DNA of 64,000 bases from Acidobacteriaceae bacterium (GCA_036500805.1 DASYBK010000080.1:1719-65718); one strand, 5' to 3'. Positions 29,925 to 40,945 are shown, numbered from the stretch's first letter. A program made the numbers and translations. The notes: generated by a model not told the origin, from the sequence alone.

Positions 29925-31244
29925 TCATCGGCGTCCCTTGCCCGATCCGGCGACGATCGGATCGCGAACCGGGACAGGTGTCACCGGCCGCTGTTTGCTG
30001 TCGATAGGGGTAACGGTCGCCGGCGCCGCTTCCCGCTCGGTCCGTATCCATGCCGCATCGGGCCGCGAGGATGCCAGAGTGCGGGGCAGGATTCTCAGCT
30101 TCCACAGGATGTAACGGGGCACGGAGAGCAGTGTGCGCAGCGCGCTCCACCAGCCGTTGCCTTCGGCTGCCGCGACCGCGACATACGCCAGGACCACCCC
30201 GAAGGCAGCGAGCGCATAGATGCGCAGCCAGGGTACGGGCAGCAGCAGACAGGTAGCGAGCAGCACCACTTCGCTTGCCAGCGGGAGAGATGCCAGATCG
30301 AGTGCCGGCTCAAGCAGGCTAAGACGGCCAGCCAGCGCGCGGCGCAGCAGACGCGGCAGCCATATGCGGGCGACGCGCAGACGGCCGCCCTCCCAGCGCG
30401 CACGCTGCGAGGAGGCAGCGGCGGAATTCTGCGGCATCTCGCTCGAGACGGTGGCGTTCTTGAGGAACTCAACCCGGATGCCGGCGTCCACCAGGCGGAG
30501 ATGGTATTCCAGATCCTCGACCAGGGAATTCGCCTCATAAGGGACGCGCTCGAGGACCGAGCTGCGGAAGCCGAAGCCGTTGCCGAAGATGCCGGCCGAC
30601 ATGCCCAGCCAGGCGCGGCCGCGGGGGCGAATGACGTTGAAGCCGAGGAAGCCGAGCGCAGTCAGCCGGCTGGTCGCTTCGTCCTCGCCGCCGAGCACGA
30701 TATACCTCGCCTGAAATGCCTCGGCGCCATCCATTAGAACTTCGGCAATCGCGGCGGAAAAGCCCGGAGCAACCAACGAGTCCGCATCGACGACAGCGAG
30801 CACTCGGGCGCCACGCGCGATGGCATGGCGAAAGCCGGCGCGCAGCGCGGCGCTCTTGCCCTGGCCGCCATCATCGTTGAGCATCAGCACCTCGGCGCCG
30901 GAGTCCACCGCGACCTGCGCGGTGTTATCGGTGCAGTTGTGCGCAACGACCAGGACGGAGCTGCCCAAGGGCAGGTCTGCCAGCAGACTCTGCACACAAC
31001 GGCTCAGCAGGAGCTGTTCATTGTGTGCGGGGACGATCACCATCAGGCCCAGCGGCGTGACCGGCGCCACCGGATGGATGCGCTTCCGGCGGCGGCCACG
31101 CTCGGGAAGCAGCGAGCCCGCGGTTAGCGTAAGCAGCTCAAGCGCCAGGGGAGCCGTGGCGGCTGCGAGCACGAAGGAAGCCGTGCGCAGCAGAATGAAG
31201 GCCGGGGTCGTACCAAGGGAGGAAGGAGCCGAGGGAAACAACAT
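29925..31244 (-). CDS. Membrane glycosyltransferase family 2
   Basis: IVPAHNE, NCTDNT, GKSAAL, VVDADS, VEDLE and QRARW (QxxRW) motifs; C-terminal TM helices. Confidence 0.9.
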   Translation of the reverse strand: MLFPSAPSSLGTTPAFILLRTASFVLAAATAPLALELLTLTAGSLLPERGRRRKRIHPVAPVTPLGLMVIVPAHNEQLLLSRCVQSLLADLPLGSSVLVVAHNCTDNTAQVAVDSGAEVLMLNDDGGQGKSAALRAGFRHAIARGARVLAVVDADSLVAPGFSAAIAEVLMDGAEAFQARYIVLGGEDEATSRLTALGFLGFNVIRPRGRAWLGMSAGIFGNGFGFRSSVLERVPYEANSLVEDLEYHLRLVDAGIRVEFLKNATVSSEMPQNSAAASSQRARWEGGRLRVARIWLPRLLRRALAGRLSLLEPALDLASLPLASEVVLLATCLLLPVPWLRIYALAAFGVVLAYVAVAAAEGNGWWSALRTLLSVPRYILWKLRILPRTLASSRPDAAWIRTEREAAPATVTPIDSKQRPVTPVPVRDPIVAGSGKGRR

Positions 31245-31247
31245 GGT

Positions 31248-32606
31248 TTAACTCCAGACCCGTCGAAACGCGAAACGGACAGGCGGATATGCAACCGCAG
31301 GTTCAGGTGCCGTGGCAAGGGCCCGAGCAGGCTGCAACTCCTGGGCCCAGCCGGTGATCAGGAAGAAAAGCGTGAAGGTCTGAAAGCCGAGATAGACGGT
31401 TGTGATGCTGAGCGCAATCGTGACAAAGACCGCAAGCAGGCACAGCGCGAAGGACGTCTCTGTCCGATCGCGGGAGGTCACGATGGTGTGCAGCAGACGG
31501 CCGCAGGTGATGAGAATGAGCAGGGTGAAGATTCCCAGCCCGAGATAGCCCTGAGTCAAAGCTATGTTCAGATATTCGTTGTCGATTGAGGTCTGGCCAT
31601 CGACCGTGGGGAAGTGGATGCCATAGCCCAGCATGCCGCCGCGCTGGACCACCGGCATGTAATTGATAACCAGCATGCGACGGTACTGCGCGTTCTCCTG
31701 GTCAACGTCCGAAGGTGTCCGATAGATATTGGTATAGCGATTCAGGACAGCGTAGAAGACGGTCATCAGCAGCACGCTCGCGATGACTACGTTGCGCAAA
31801 GCGCGTTTCTGGTTGCGCGCGCGCGCCGCCAGGATCAGAAGAATGCCGAAGGCGCCGCTCATCCATGGGCCGCGCGACTGGGTCATCCAGACACCCAGCA
31901 TCAGGCCGAGCACGATGTATGCCGATTTGCGTCCGGGAACGAAGTTGAGGTTACGGAATTTGCGCTCCCACAGGTGCTCGCTGGCGAGCCAGATAGCAAA
32001 GAGCAGGGCGCTGAGCAGGATGCAGCCGGCCAGAATGGCGTGCCCGTAAGGACCGGCGATGCGGCCATAGCCCCAGCGCATCTGGAGGATCCAGTGGCTG
32101 TTGTTGTGAAAGATCTTGTCCGACCACTCGCGGAAGACGTTCCATTCCATGCGGTACTCGTAAACCGAGACGACGGAGATGAGGAAGGCGAGAAAGGCAT
32201 ACCGCTTGACCAGCGCGACGCGGAGGCCGGGCTGTTCGACGGCAACGCGGCCGATGATGTATGGCGGAAAGCAGGCAAAGGCCATCGCTGTTCCCAGCGC
32301 AAGTCCGGCGGACTGGCCATCGGCATTCCAGTTCGCAAGCAGGGTGCTGAAGCAATAGAAAAAGATCAGCAGGTCTACCAGGCTGTAGCGCCAGCGGCGC
32401 GCATACTTGAAGAAAAGCGCGGTCGCAACAGGGATCGCGACTGCGTCCATGATGTCGAGCTCGACTCCCTTGAACTTCCACCCTGTGCCGTACGGCCAGA
32501 GCATCATCACCGGCAACACCAAGGCCAGCACCGCGCGCTCCGGACCCATTCTCCAGAGAACGATCACTGCAATGACAAAGGCCGAGATGAGGAATGCTGG
32601 CTGCAT
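31248..32606 (-). CDS. Wzy polymerase / O-antigen ligase family membrane protein
   Basis: About 12 hydrophobic segments; RIAGPYGHAIL, TQSRGPW, GYG and SIDNEYL motifs. Confidence 0.8.
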   Translation of the reverse strand: MQPAFLISAFVIAVIVLWRMGPERAVLALVLPVMMLWPYGTGWKFKGVELDIMDAVAIPVATALFFKYARRWRYSLVDLLIFFYCFSTLLANWNADGQSAGLALGTAMAFACFPPYIIGRVAVEQPGLRVALVKRYAFLAFLISVVSVYEYRMEWNVFREWSDKIFHNNSHWILQMRWGYGRIAGPYGHAILAGCILLSALLFAIWLASEHLWERKFRNLNFVPGRKSAYIVLGLMLGVWMTQSRGPWMSGAFGILLILAARARNQKRALRNVVIASVLLMTVFYAVLNRYTNIYRTPSDVDQENAQYRRMLVINYMPVVQRGGMLGYGIHFPTVDGQTSIDNEYLNIALTQGYLGLGIFTLLILITCGRLLHTIVTSRDRTETSFALCLLAVFVTIALSITTVYLGFQTFTLFFLITGWAQELQPARALATAPEPAVAYPPVRFAFRRVWS

Positions 32607-33184
32607 AGTCGTTTGATGGCGATAGTTGGATGCATGGCCAGTCTGCGGTGGCCGTCAATGAGCCAAGGCTTCCTTGTTACTGCCGCGCGACAACGGAGGC
32701 GCGCCGCAGAGGTGGTTCGTAAGAAGCCAATAATCAGGGAGACAACGAGCTGTTCCCAAAGGTTAGCAAAATGGGCGGTTACCCGCCGCTGATCCTGCGT
32801 GGACGGATAGGAACTTGCCGCATCGATAGGGCACTGCCGCCCGGAAGACAGGGACACAGCACACCCGCTTGACTCATGGAAGCCACCTGCTCTGAAGGCA
32901 GATGCCAGGGATGTTCAAAGCGTTGCTGGCGTGCGCCGGAGTTGGGTTGAGGGATCAGGGCGGCTCGTCCGGCATGAAGTAACACACCGGAAAAACCAAG
33001 TCTACACGCCGGGAGAACCAAAGCAGAAAAGTGTTCAACAGCAGAGGAAATATTTAACAAGGCCCACCATAAGCAGGAGAGGGGAGGTACGGACTCTCGT
33101 GCTGCCTTCCCAGAGACCAAATTTACGGCAGAACAGCCACACAACAGAAAACCAAGGTATGACAGAGGTTCCGGTACATCAGGG

Positions 33185-33445
33185 TTAAGAAGCCGCTCGA
33201 TCCTCGCGCAGGAGTGCGGGAAAGCTCACAACCTTCTCCCGCTCGAAAAGCCAGTCGACCTCAGAGTGAAGCGCGTTGGCAATTGCTTGCCGCAGCGCGT
33301 CTCCAGGTTCCCGGCTTCCGTTCACAATCCGGCTGAGATAGGCTTCATGGATGCCGACCATCTTGGCAAGCCGGTTCTGCCGTATCCCTGTTTTGTAGAT
33401 CGTCAGCTTCAGATTCGGGTAAATAGATCGCTCGTCGAGTTTCAC
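33185..33445 (-). CDS. Small XRE/Cro-type helix-turn-helix regulator
   Basis: IRQNRLAKMVGIHEAYLSRIVNGSREP...IANAL...WLF; start uncertain (ORF extends to 33499). Confidence 0.8.
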   Translation of the reverse strand: MKLDERSIYPNLKLTIYKTGIRQNRLAKMVGIHEAYLSRIVNGSREPGDALRQAIANALHSEVDWLFEREKVVSFPALLREDRAAS

Positions 33446-34013
33446 TTTTACTCGCCTCTTTCGACTTCGCAGCCCTGAACACCGCTGCGATGCTCCCAAA
33501 AGTACAACCTCTCAAAAGAACTTGCCAGACTGCATTGGTACCCATATAGTAACCAATCTTCCACGGAAGTAACTGCTCTGGTCCCAAGGCCCAAATCGGG
33601 ATGTCCTCTGTGATCAGGCGGACAAGGCTATAAACCAAGCTTATGGAGGAGGTTACCTTGCCCACGGCAGTGTGCAGATCCGGCCTCTCGCCGCGCAGGC
33701 TGAGCGCTGAGAAGCTCTGAAAAAAAGTTCAGGCGGCGTGGGCAAGTACTTCCGGGCCCACCGCGAATGTGCGAAAGGTAATTCCTTCATGCCGGGCTGG
33801 CTGGAGGACGGGTTCCGTTTCGGGACTCTGGCCGCAACCGGACCTGAGAAGTGGAAGGGCGAGTGATCTGCCGCCGAGGAAGGAACGATGCCGGACGCTG
33901 AGGCGTTGACGGCAAAAGCGAGACAGTGCGAGGCGGGCCGCAATTCCGGACGCAGCGTTCTCTTAAGGACGGGTTCCTCGGAATGAATCTCTTACGTCAC
34001 GTTTCTGTGGCTT

Positions 34014-34298
34014 CTACAAGGAGTCGGCGACCTTGCTGGCGGTCTTTGAGACCTTTCGCGCGAAGGTGTCGGCCTGCGAAGCGACATCGTCCGCTACGTC
34101 ACGGGCGCGCGAGTAGACCTTGGTTGCGTGTTTGCTGAAGTCGTCCGCTGTATCCCGTAGATAGTCACTGGTATCGTCGAACTTCCGCTTCCACTGCTTG
34201 CGGGTCTTCTCGCCGGTGCGCGGCGCGTATGCCAGAGCGACGGCTGCTCCGGCGGCCACTCCGATGGAAAAGGCTGTCCAATATTTGAAGACGCTCAT
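34014..34298 (-). CDS. YtxH-domain protein
   Basis: GVAAGAAVALAYAPRTGEKTR signature; GAGGA RBS. Confidence 0.85.
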   Translation of the reverse strand: MSVFKYWTAFSIGVAAGAAVALAYAPRTGEKTRKQWKRKFDDTSDYLRDTADDFSKHATKVYSRARDVADDVASQADTFARKVSKTASKVADSL

Positions 34299-34430
34299 GC
34301 TGCAATCCTCCTGTGTGGCTCTGCGCTCTTAGGATGGCTCTCGCCCGCGGCGCGGGTCGTTGCACGATAAGAAGGGATGCGGCCGCCTAGGGTTGTGCAG
34401 GGCCGGCGAGTTATCCCGCCGGGTGGCGTT

Positions 34431-34874
34431 TCAGCGTGCGCTTGCGGCGAAAGTGGGCGATGCGATAGTCAGGCCGAGCACAGAGGATTCGCTCTGCGAT
34501 TGGCTCTGGGCGTTTGCCGGGACAGGACGCGCTATGGCACGCCGAGAGCGGTGAAGAAATCCGCGATGCGCATGAGCTGCGCCCTCCAACTGCTCGATCA
34601 GCTGGGGTGAGACTGCCGGCGCGGTGGCGCGCAGGGCAGCCGGATCGAAGACGGGTTCATTCGAAGAGGAGGCCAGGAAGCCGGCATGCTGTGGCGCAAT
34701 CTGGAAGAGCAGGTGGTTTTCCGCGGGGAGCGGTTCCGCGTATACGAAGCAGGCGGACATGACCAGCATGAAGGCGGCGAGATAGAGCAGAAAGCGAAGG
34801 CGGTAGGTCGTGTCCATCGAAACTCCGGCGGCTGGTGTTACCTTGCTTGATTCCTGTTGTGTAGTGAGGTTCAT
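34431..34874 (-). CDS. Hypothetical secreted/membrane protein
   Basis: One hydrophobic segment (FLLYLAAFMLVMSACFVYA) followed by a low-complexity tail. Confidence 0.5.
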   Translation of the reverse strand: MNLTTQQESSKVTPAAGVSMDTTYRLRFLLYLAAFMLVMSACFVYAEPLPAENHLLFQIAPQHAGFLASSSNEPVFDPAALRATAPAVSPQLIEQLEGAAHAHRGFLHRSRRAIARPVPANAQSQSQSESSVLGLTIASPTFAASAR

Positions 34875-35237
34875 CCACTAGCGGGGTACGAGGAATTGCA
34901 CTCAGGTTGTAGCCGCGGCGTTTTCCGTTGTAGCCCGATTTGGGAACGCATTTGTTTTGATGCAGATCGTGTGACCATTTGCAGGATGATCAGCTTCTAC
35001 TTAGAGCAACGTGGAAGCCTCGGTGTTGCCTGGATGGATGTTGGTGCGCCGTATATCGGAGCGCATTACCCGAGTGGTGGCAGAGGCATGTAAGTCCTTG
35101 CCTGACATTGATATTTAGGTAAAAGTCGGCTAAGATAGTAGAGGATCAAATGAGTTGCACAGCCCCTAGATGTGCCGCGGCCGGGAGCATGGCCGAGTTA
35201 CGATCCGAATTACTCTCCACGTCGAGGAATACAACGC

Positions 35238-35465
35238 ATGGCAAAGCGTCGCGGAAATCCAAATTGGGGTAAACCCGAGCCGATCGGGCCGGTTGTCCCT
35301 ACGGTGACATCGTTCGAGCAGGTGGTAAAGGAGTTCAAGCTGACTCCCGATCAGTACGTGCGATCGACCCGTCTTCGGGAGTGGGCGCGCCGCAACAAGA
35401 ACTCCAAGTACATCCCAGAGGCGCTGCTCGAGGCCTGGGGGTTCGAAATCGAGTCCACCCTGTAA
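35238..35465 (+). CDS. Small conserved hypothetical protein (MAKRRGNPNWGKP...)
   Basis: GAGGA RBS; TTGATA-N17-TAAGAT promoter-like sequence upstream near 35108-35136; own terminator. Confidence 0.75.
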   Translation: MAKRRGNPNWGKPEPIGPVVPTVTSFEQVVKEFKLTPDQYVRSTRLREWARRNKNSKYIPEALLEAWGFEIESTL

Positions 35466-35481
35466 GCTTCAATCACGGTTG

Positions 35482-35518
35482 CAAAGACGCCATCCTTCGG
35501 GGTGGCGTCTTTTGTTTT
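35482..35518 (+). terminator. Intrinsic (likely bidirectional) terminator
   Basis: AAAGACGCCATCC-ttcg-GGGTGGCGTCTTT stem followed by TGTTTT. Confidence 0.85.
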
Positions 35519-35555
35519 GAAGATTTGTGTGTGGAGCTGGGCTACCGGAACTGCG

Positions 35556-36740
<1,185 letters not shown>

Positions 36741-36829
36741 CGTGCTCAGGCCTTTCTGTGCTGCATGAAGGATGACGCGTAGAGGCGGTTGGGTGCAAGG
36801 GATTGCGTTGGTGAGAGCAGCGGCGAATC

Positions 36830-37258
36830 TCATCGGCGGATGTGATCCAGGGAGTAGACATTTTCGCGGCGAAACGCGAGCAATGCGGCGTAGATGGCGG
36901 CATAGATGAGCTGCAGACCGGCACTCTCCCAATCCTGGCGTAGCGTGGAGCCGAAGGTCAGGACGAGGATGGTGAGCGAAGCTGCCACCAGGGCAAAGCG
37001 GGTTGCGAGACCAAGCAGGATGAGCAAACCGAGCGCGGCCTCGACCCAGGGCAGCACCAGACCGAAGGCCGTCACGGACCAGGCGGGCAGCGGCGTGGCG
37101 TGGAAGGCGCCCACTAGCGACGCGGCGAAGGCGTGCGGTCCGGCGAGCAGGCGGCTGATGCCGTGGACCGCAAGGTTGACGCCGATGATCACGCGCAGGA
37201 GCGCGTAGGCGAGGTGGCGGTCCAACTGCGTTTCTGAGGTTTCGTCAGGGAATGTCAT
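36830..37258 (-). CDS. DoxX family membrane protein
   Basis: LLRVIIGVNLAVHG, PWVEAALGLLILLGL; four TM segments. Confidence 0.8.
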   Translation of the reverse strand: MTFPDETSETQLDRHLAYALLRVIIGVNLAVHGISRLLAGPHAFAASLVGAFHATPLPAWSVTAFGLVLPWVEAALGLLILLGLATRFALVAASLTILVLTFGSTLRQDWESAGLQLIYAAIYAALLAFRRENVYSLDHIRR

Positions 37259-37369
37259 GCTCTGCTCCTTAGCGCCTGCGGCCGATCTTGAGCGGCCACA
37301 TTGCATGAGAGATGCAGGACCGGGCCCCAGTTACAGAATTGAGATAGAACGCGATGGTAGACTGCGCGG

Positions 37370-38122
37370 GTGACGGAGATTCTCGCCAAGGTCCGCAGAC
37401 GCACTCGGCGGCTTTGGAACTACCGCCGGATCGAGCGGGCTCTGCGAGGGAAGCGCGGTCTGGAGATTGGCGGCCCAAGCTCCATATTTTCTCCGGAAAC
37501 ACCGAACGGCTATGTCCCGCCCGTCTATTCCCTTGCAGCATCTGTGGACAATTGCAACTTCGCGACCAGCACCACCTGGTCGCACGGCGAAGCGGGCCGG
37601 ACCTTTCGCTATCTTCCGGATGCGGAGCCGGGGATGCAGTACATCCACAACGCGACCGACCTGGGCTCTATCGCGAATGGCTCATACGACTTTCTGCTGG
37701 CGTCGCACATTTTGGAGCATGTCGCTAACCCACTTCGCGCACTTCTGGAATTCCATCGGGTGCTGAAGCCGGAGGGCTCGCTGCTCGCCGTGGTGCCGAA
37801 CCGGTTGCATACCTTCGATCATCGCCGTCCCGTTACCACGTTCGCGCATCTGGAGGCCGATCTGGCAGCCGATACGGATGAGGGCGACATGACGCATCTC
37901 GACGAGATCTTGGCGTTGCACGATCTGGAGATGGATCCGCCTGCTGGAACGCCGGAAGAGTTTCGCGAAAGGTGCCTGCGCAATCGCGAGGCGCGCTGCA
38001 TGCATCATCACGTCTTCGACCTGGCGTTGCTGGACCGCTCGCTCCGCAGCACGGGATTTCGGCCGCTCTACCGCACGGATGTGTGGGAAATCCACGTGCT
38101 GATCTTCGCGCGGCGCGTTTAG
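37370..38122 (+). CDS. Class I SAM-dependent methyltransferase
   Basis: GLEIGGPS, SYDFLLASHILEHVANP, RVLKPEG. Confidence 0.82.
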   Translation: MTEILAKVRRRTRRLWNYRRIERALRGKRGLEIGGPSSIFSPETPNGYVPPVYSLAASVDNCNFATSTTWSHGEAGRTFRYLPDAEPGMQYIHNATDLGSIANGSYDFLLASHILEHVANPLRALLEFHRVLKPEGSLLAVVPNRLHTFDHRRPVTTFAHLEADLAADTDEGDMTHLDEILALHDLEMDPPAGTPEEFRERCLRNREARCMHHHVFDLALLDRSLRSTGFRPLYRTDVWEIHVLIFARRV

Positions 38123-38170
38123 AAGAGGCTCCGAACAAGGACGCGCACAGATCCAAGCAGCCGCGAGATG

Positions 38171-38228
38171 GCAGCATCTCTCCACTTCGCGGTGGCGCTG
38201 CGCGCCACGGCTTCGGTCGAGATGAGAA
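38171..38228. repeat. REP-like palindromic intergenic repeat, copy 1
   Basis: GCAGCATCTCTCCACTTCG...GCTTCGGTCGAGATGA; shares its ends with the copies at 40211 and 61090. Confidence 0.7.
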
Positions 38229-38253
38229 ACAGCTAAGGTTGGTTCAGAGGCTC

Positions 38254-38925
38254 CTAGCTGGCCTCAGGCAACGGCAGCTTGCCGGCCAGGCCGCGGGCTT
38301 CGAGATCGCGGCGCAATTGTCCGACGGTGGTGAACTGGATGCCATCAATGCCGAGCGCGCGGGCGGCGGCGATGTTGGCCGGGATGTCGTCGACGAAGAT
38401 AGTCTCGGAGGCGGCGACGCCCAGCTTTTCCAGCGTGTGCCGATAGATTGCCGGGTCGGGCTTGGCCGTGAGCAGCTCGCAGGACCAGGTGAGACAGGTG
38501 AAGCCGGCGAGCCAGTCGAAATGCTCGCGCATGTAGGCGAGGTTCACGTCGCCCATGTTGGAGAGGATGGCGGTCTTGAGGCCTGCCTTCTGCAGCGCGA
38601 ACGCCCACTCGAGCATGGGCGCATTCAAGTTGGCCCACATCAGCGCGTCGTGATAGTGGAAGGCGGCCAGCCGCTCCGGCGTGAGCGGGAAGCCGGCTCC
38701 TTCGGAGACTTTCTGCCAGTAGGTCTGTCCGTTGAGCGTGCCTTCGTCGTAGGCGTGGCGATGCGCCCAGTAATGCTCTTCGAAGACCTCATCCGGCACG
38801 CCGGCGGTGGCGACGAGCGCGGTGTGGGCGTCGGCGTCGGGCTGCATGCTGAGGACGCGGCCGAAATCGAAGATGACGGCGCGGGGTACGGTTGCGGTCT
38901 CGAGAGAGGTTGTCGTGATCATCAC
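38254..38925 (-). CDS. HAD-family phosphatase
   Basis: IFDFGRVL, LSN, KPDPAIY, FVDD. Confidence 0.88.
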   Translation of the reverse strand: MMITTTSLETATVPRAVIFDFGRVLSMQPDADAHTALVATAGVPDEVFEEHYWAHRHAYDEGTLNGQTYWQKVSEGAGFPLTPERLAAFHYHDALMWANLNAPMLEWAFALQKAGLKTAILSNMGDVNLAYMREHFDWLAGFTCLTWSCELLTAKPDPAIYRHTLEKLGVAASETIFVDDIPANIAAARALGIDGIQFTTVGQLRRDLEARGLAGKLPLPEAS

Positions 38926-38960
38926 TTCTATTATGAATTGCGGGAAGCGGGGCGAGTACT

Positions 38961-40148
38961 GTGCGGTTTGCCAAGAGGACAGAGTGGGCGGGCGAGGAGA
39001 CGGCGTGGTCGCGTGCGCTCGACGCGCGACGGCGCAGCGGTTTGCCGATTCTCGACCTGACGGCTTCGAATCCTACGCAGTGCGGCTTCACGTATGACGC
39101 GGATCTGCTCGCGGAGCTGTCGGTTGCTGGAGCACGCGTATACGATCCCGACCCGCGCGGCATGCTCCATGCGCGCAAGGCGGTGTGTGGCTACTACGCC
39201 GATCACGGCGCGCGCATCGATGCGGATCAGATCGTACTCACCACCAGCACCAGCGAGGGCTATAGCTGGCTCTTCCGGCTGCTCTGCGATCCGGGCGACG
39301 AGGTGCTGATCGCCCAGCCCAGTTATCCGCTCTTCGATCTGCTGGCGACGATCGATGATGTGAAGCTGGTTCCGTATGCATTGCTTTACGATCCTGGCGG
39401 GAGCAATGCATGGACTCTCGATCTGCATGGGCTGCGTGAGCGGATTACGGAGCGCACACGCGCGGTTGTTGTGGTGCATCCGAACAATCCGACCGGGCAC
39501 TATACGACTCCGAGTGAGCGCGCGGCTCTGTCGGAGTTGTGCCGCGAGCGCGGGTTGGCGCTGATCGTGGACGAAGTTTTCCTCGATTATCCTGTGCCCG
39601 AATATGAGGGAGTAGAGAGCTTTGCGCAAGGACAGCAGGAAGCGCTGACCTTTGTGCAGAGCGGTCTGAGCAAGGTTGCAGCGCTGCCGCAGATGAAGGC
39701 TTCGTGGATCGTGTCGATGGGACCGGAGGCGGTGCGGAGAGAGGCGATGCGGCGGCTGGAAATCATCGCGGACACATTTCTCTCGATGAACGCGCCGGTA
39801 CAGCATGCGCTGCCAGGCTGGCTTAGCGGGCGGCACTCGATCCAGCGGCAGATCCGCGAGCGGGTCGCGCAGAATCTCGCGGCGCTCGATACTGCGCTTG
39901 CGCGTCAGCACACGATCGCGCGACTGGCTTGTGACGGCGGGTGGTATGCCACCTTGCGCACGCCTGCTTCCGTAACCGGCGAGGCACTCGCGATCCGCCT
40001 GATTGAGCATTGCGGGATCGCGGTGCATCCGGGAGAATTCTTCGGCTTTGCGGAGCACAAGCGGCTGGTGGTGAGCCTGCTGCCGCAGCCGGAGGTCTTC
40101 GCGCAAGCGGTTGCCGCGCTGATCGCCGAGGCTTGCCGGGAACCATAG
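38961..40148 (+). CDS. PLP-dependent aminotransferase class I/II
   Basis: HPNNPTG, IVDEVF, SGLSK. Confidence 0.88.
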   Translation: MRFAKRTEWAGEETAWSRALDARRRSGLPILDLTASNPTQCGFTYDADLLAELSVAGARVYDPDPRGMLHARKAVCGYYADHGARIDADQIVLTTSTSEGYSWLFRLLCDPGDEVLIAQPSYPLFDLLATIDDVKLVPYALLYDPGGSNAWTLDLHGLRERITERTRAVVVVHPNNPTGHYTTPSERAALSELCRERGLALIVDEVFLDYPVPEYEGVESFAQGQQEALTFVQSGLSKVAALPQMKASWIVSMGPEAVRREAMRRLEIIADTFLSMNAPVQHALPGWLSGRHSIQRQIRERVAQNLAALDTALARQHTIARLACDGGWYATLRTPASVTGEALAIRLIEHCGIAVHPGEFFGFAEHKRLVVSLLPQPEVFAQAVAALIAEACREP

Positions 40149-40210
40149 TCGGCAGCAGAGATGGCGCGCGAGCGTCATCGGTCTGTGCTTTGACCTTAGC
40201 GGCCGCGGAT

Positions 40211-40253
40211 AACAGCAGTCCCTCCACTGCGCTTCGCTTCGGTCGGGATGACG
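40211..40253. repeat. REP-like palindromic intergenic repeat, copy 2
   Basis: AACAGCAGTCCCTCCACTGCGCTTCGCTTCGGTCGGGATGACG. Confidence 0.7.
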
Positions 40254-40285
40254 AAACTTCCGTTCGATGGAAACGACTGATCGCT

Positions 40286-40945
40286 TCATTGCATAGGCCG
40301 CATGTCGGGTTGCAGGAAGGGGTTGGTCTCGCGCTCCTGCCCCAGCGTTGTCTCTTCGCCGTGGCCGGGGATGACCAGCGTGTTCTCCGGCAACGGGAGC
40401 AGGCGGGTGTGGATGGAGCGCAGCAGGGCGCGGGTGTCTCCGCCAGGCAGGTCGGTGCGGCCGACGGAGCCGGCGAAGAGCGTGTCGCCAGCTAGAAGCA
40501 ATTCCTGCTTTGGGAAAAGAAGGCAGATGCTGCCGGGGGTGTGACCCGGAGTATGGATGACCTCCGCTCCGAGGCCGCAGATGCCGGCGCGGAGCCCATC
40601 CTCGGCGCTCTGGTCGAGCGCGACTTTCTCCGGAGTGGGGACGCCGAGCCATCCTGCCTGCATCTCCAACATGCCGACCAGGGGTAGGTCATCCTGGTGG
40701 AAGAGCACGGGCGCGCCGGTGACGCGCTTGAGCTGCGCAGCGCCGCCGATGTGGTCGATATGCGCATGGGTCACGACAATCTGCTTCAGCGTGAGGTGGT
40801 GCCGGGCCAGCCGCGCGAGGATGCCGGCGATCTCGTCGCCGGGATCGATGACGATGGCCACGCGGGTTTCCAGATTCGCGAGGAGCGTGCAGTTGCAGCG
40901 GAGCGGGCCGACGGGGAAGGTTTCACGGAGCAGTTTGGGCGCCAT
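40286..40945 (-). CDS. MBL-fold metallo-hydrolase (glyoxalase II/YcbL-like)
   Basis: THAHIDHIG, HTPGHTPG, GDTLF, PGHG. Confidence 0.92.
   Translation of the reverse strand: MAPKLLRETFPVGPLRCNCTLLANLETRVAIVIDPGDEIAGILARLARHHLTLKQIVVTHAHIDHIGGAAQLKRVTGAPVLFHQDDLPLVGMLEMQAGWLGVPTPEKVALDQSAEDGLRAGICGLGAEVIHTPGHTPGSICLLFPKQELLLAGDTLFAGSVGRTDLPGGDTRALLRSIHTRLLPLPENTLVIPGHGEETTLGQERETNPFLQPDMRPMQ

Noticed and set aside
2454-33500. Mobile genomic island carrying the PKS/EPS cluster
   Set aside because: No integrase, transposase, tRNA or flanking direct repeats were seen, and coding GC resembles the housekeeping genes.
36741-36830. FMN riboswitch before ribB
   Set aside because: The gap is only about 90 bp and has no RFN consensus.
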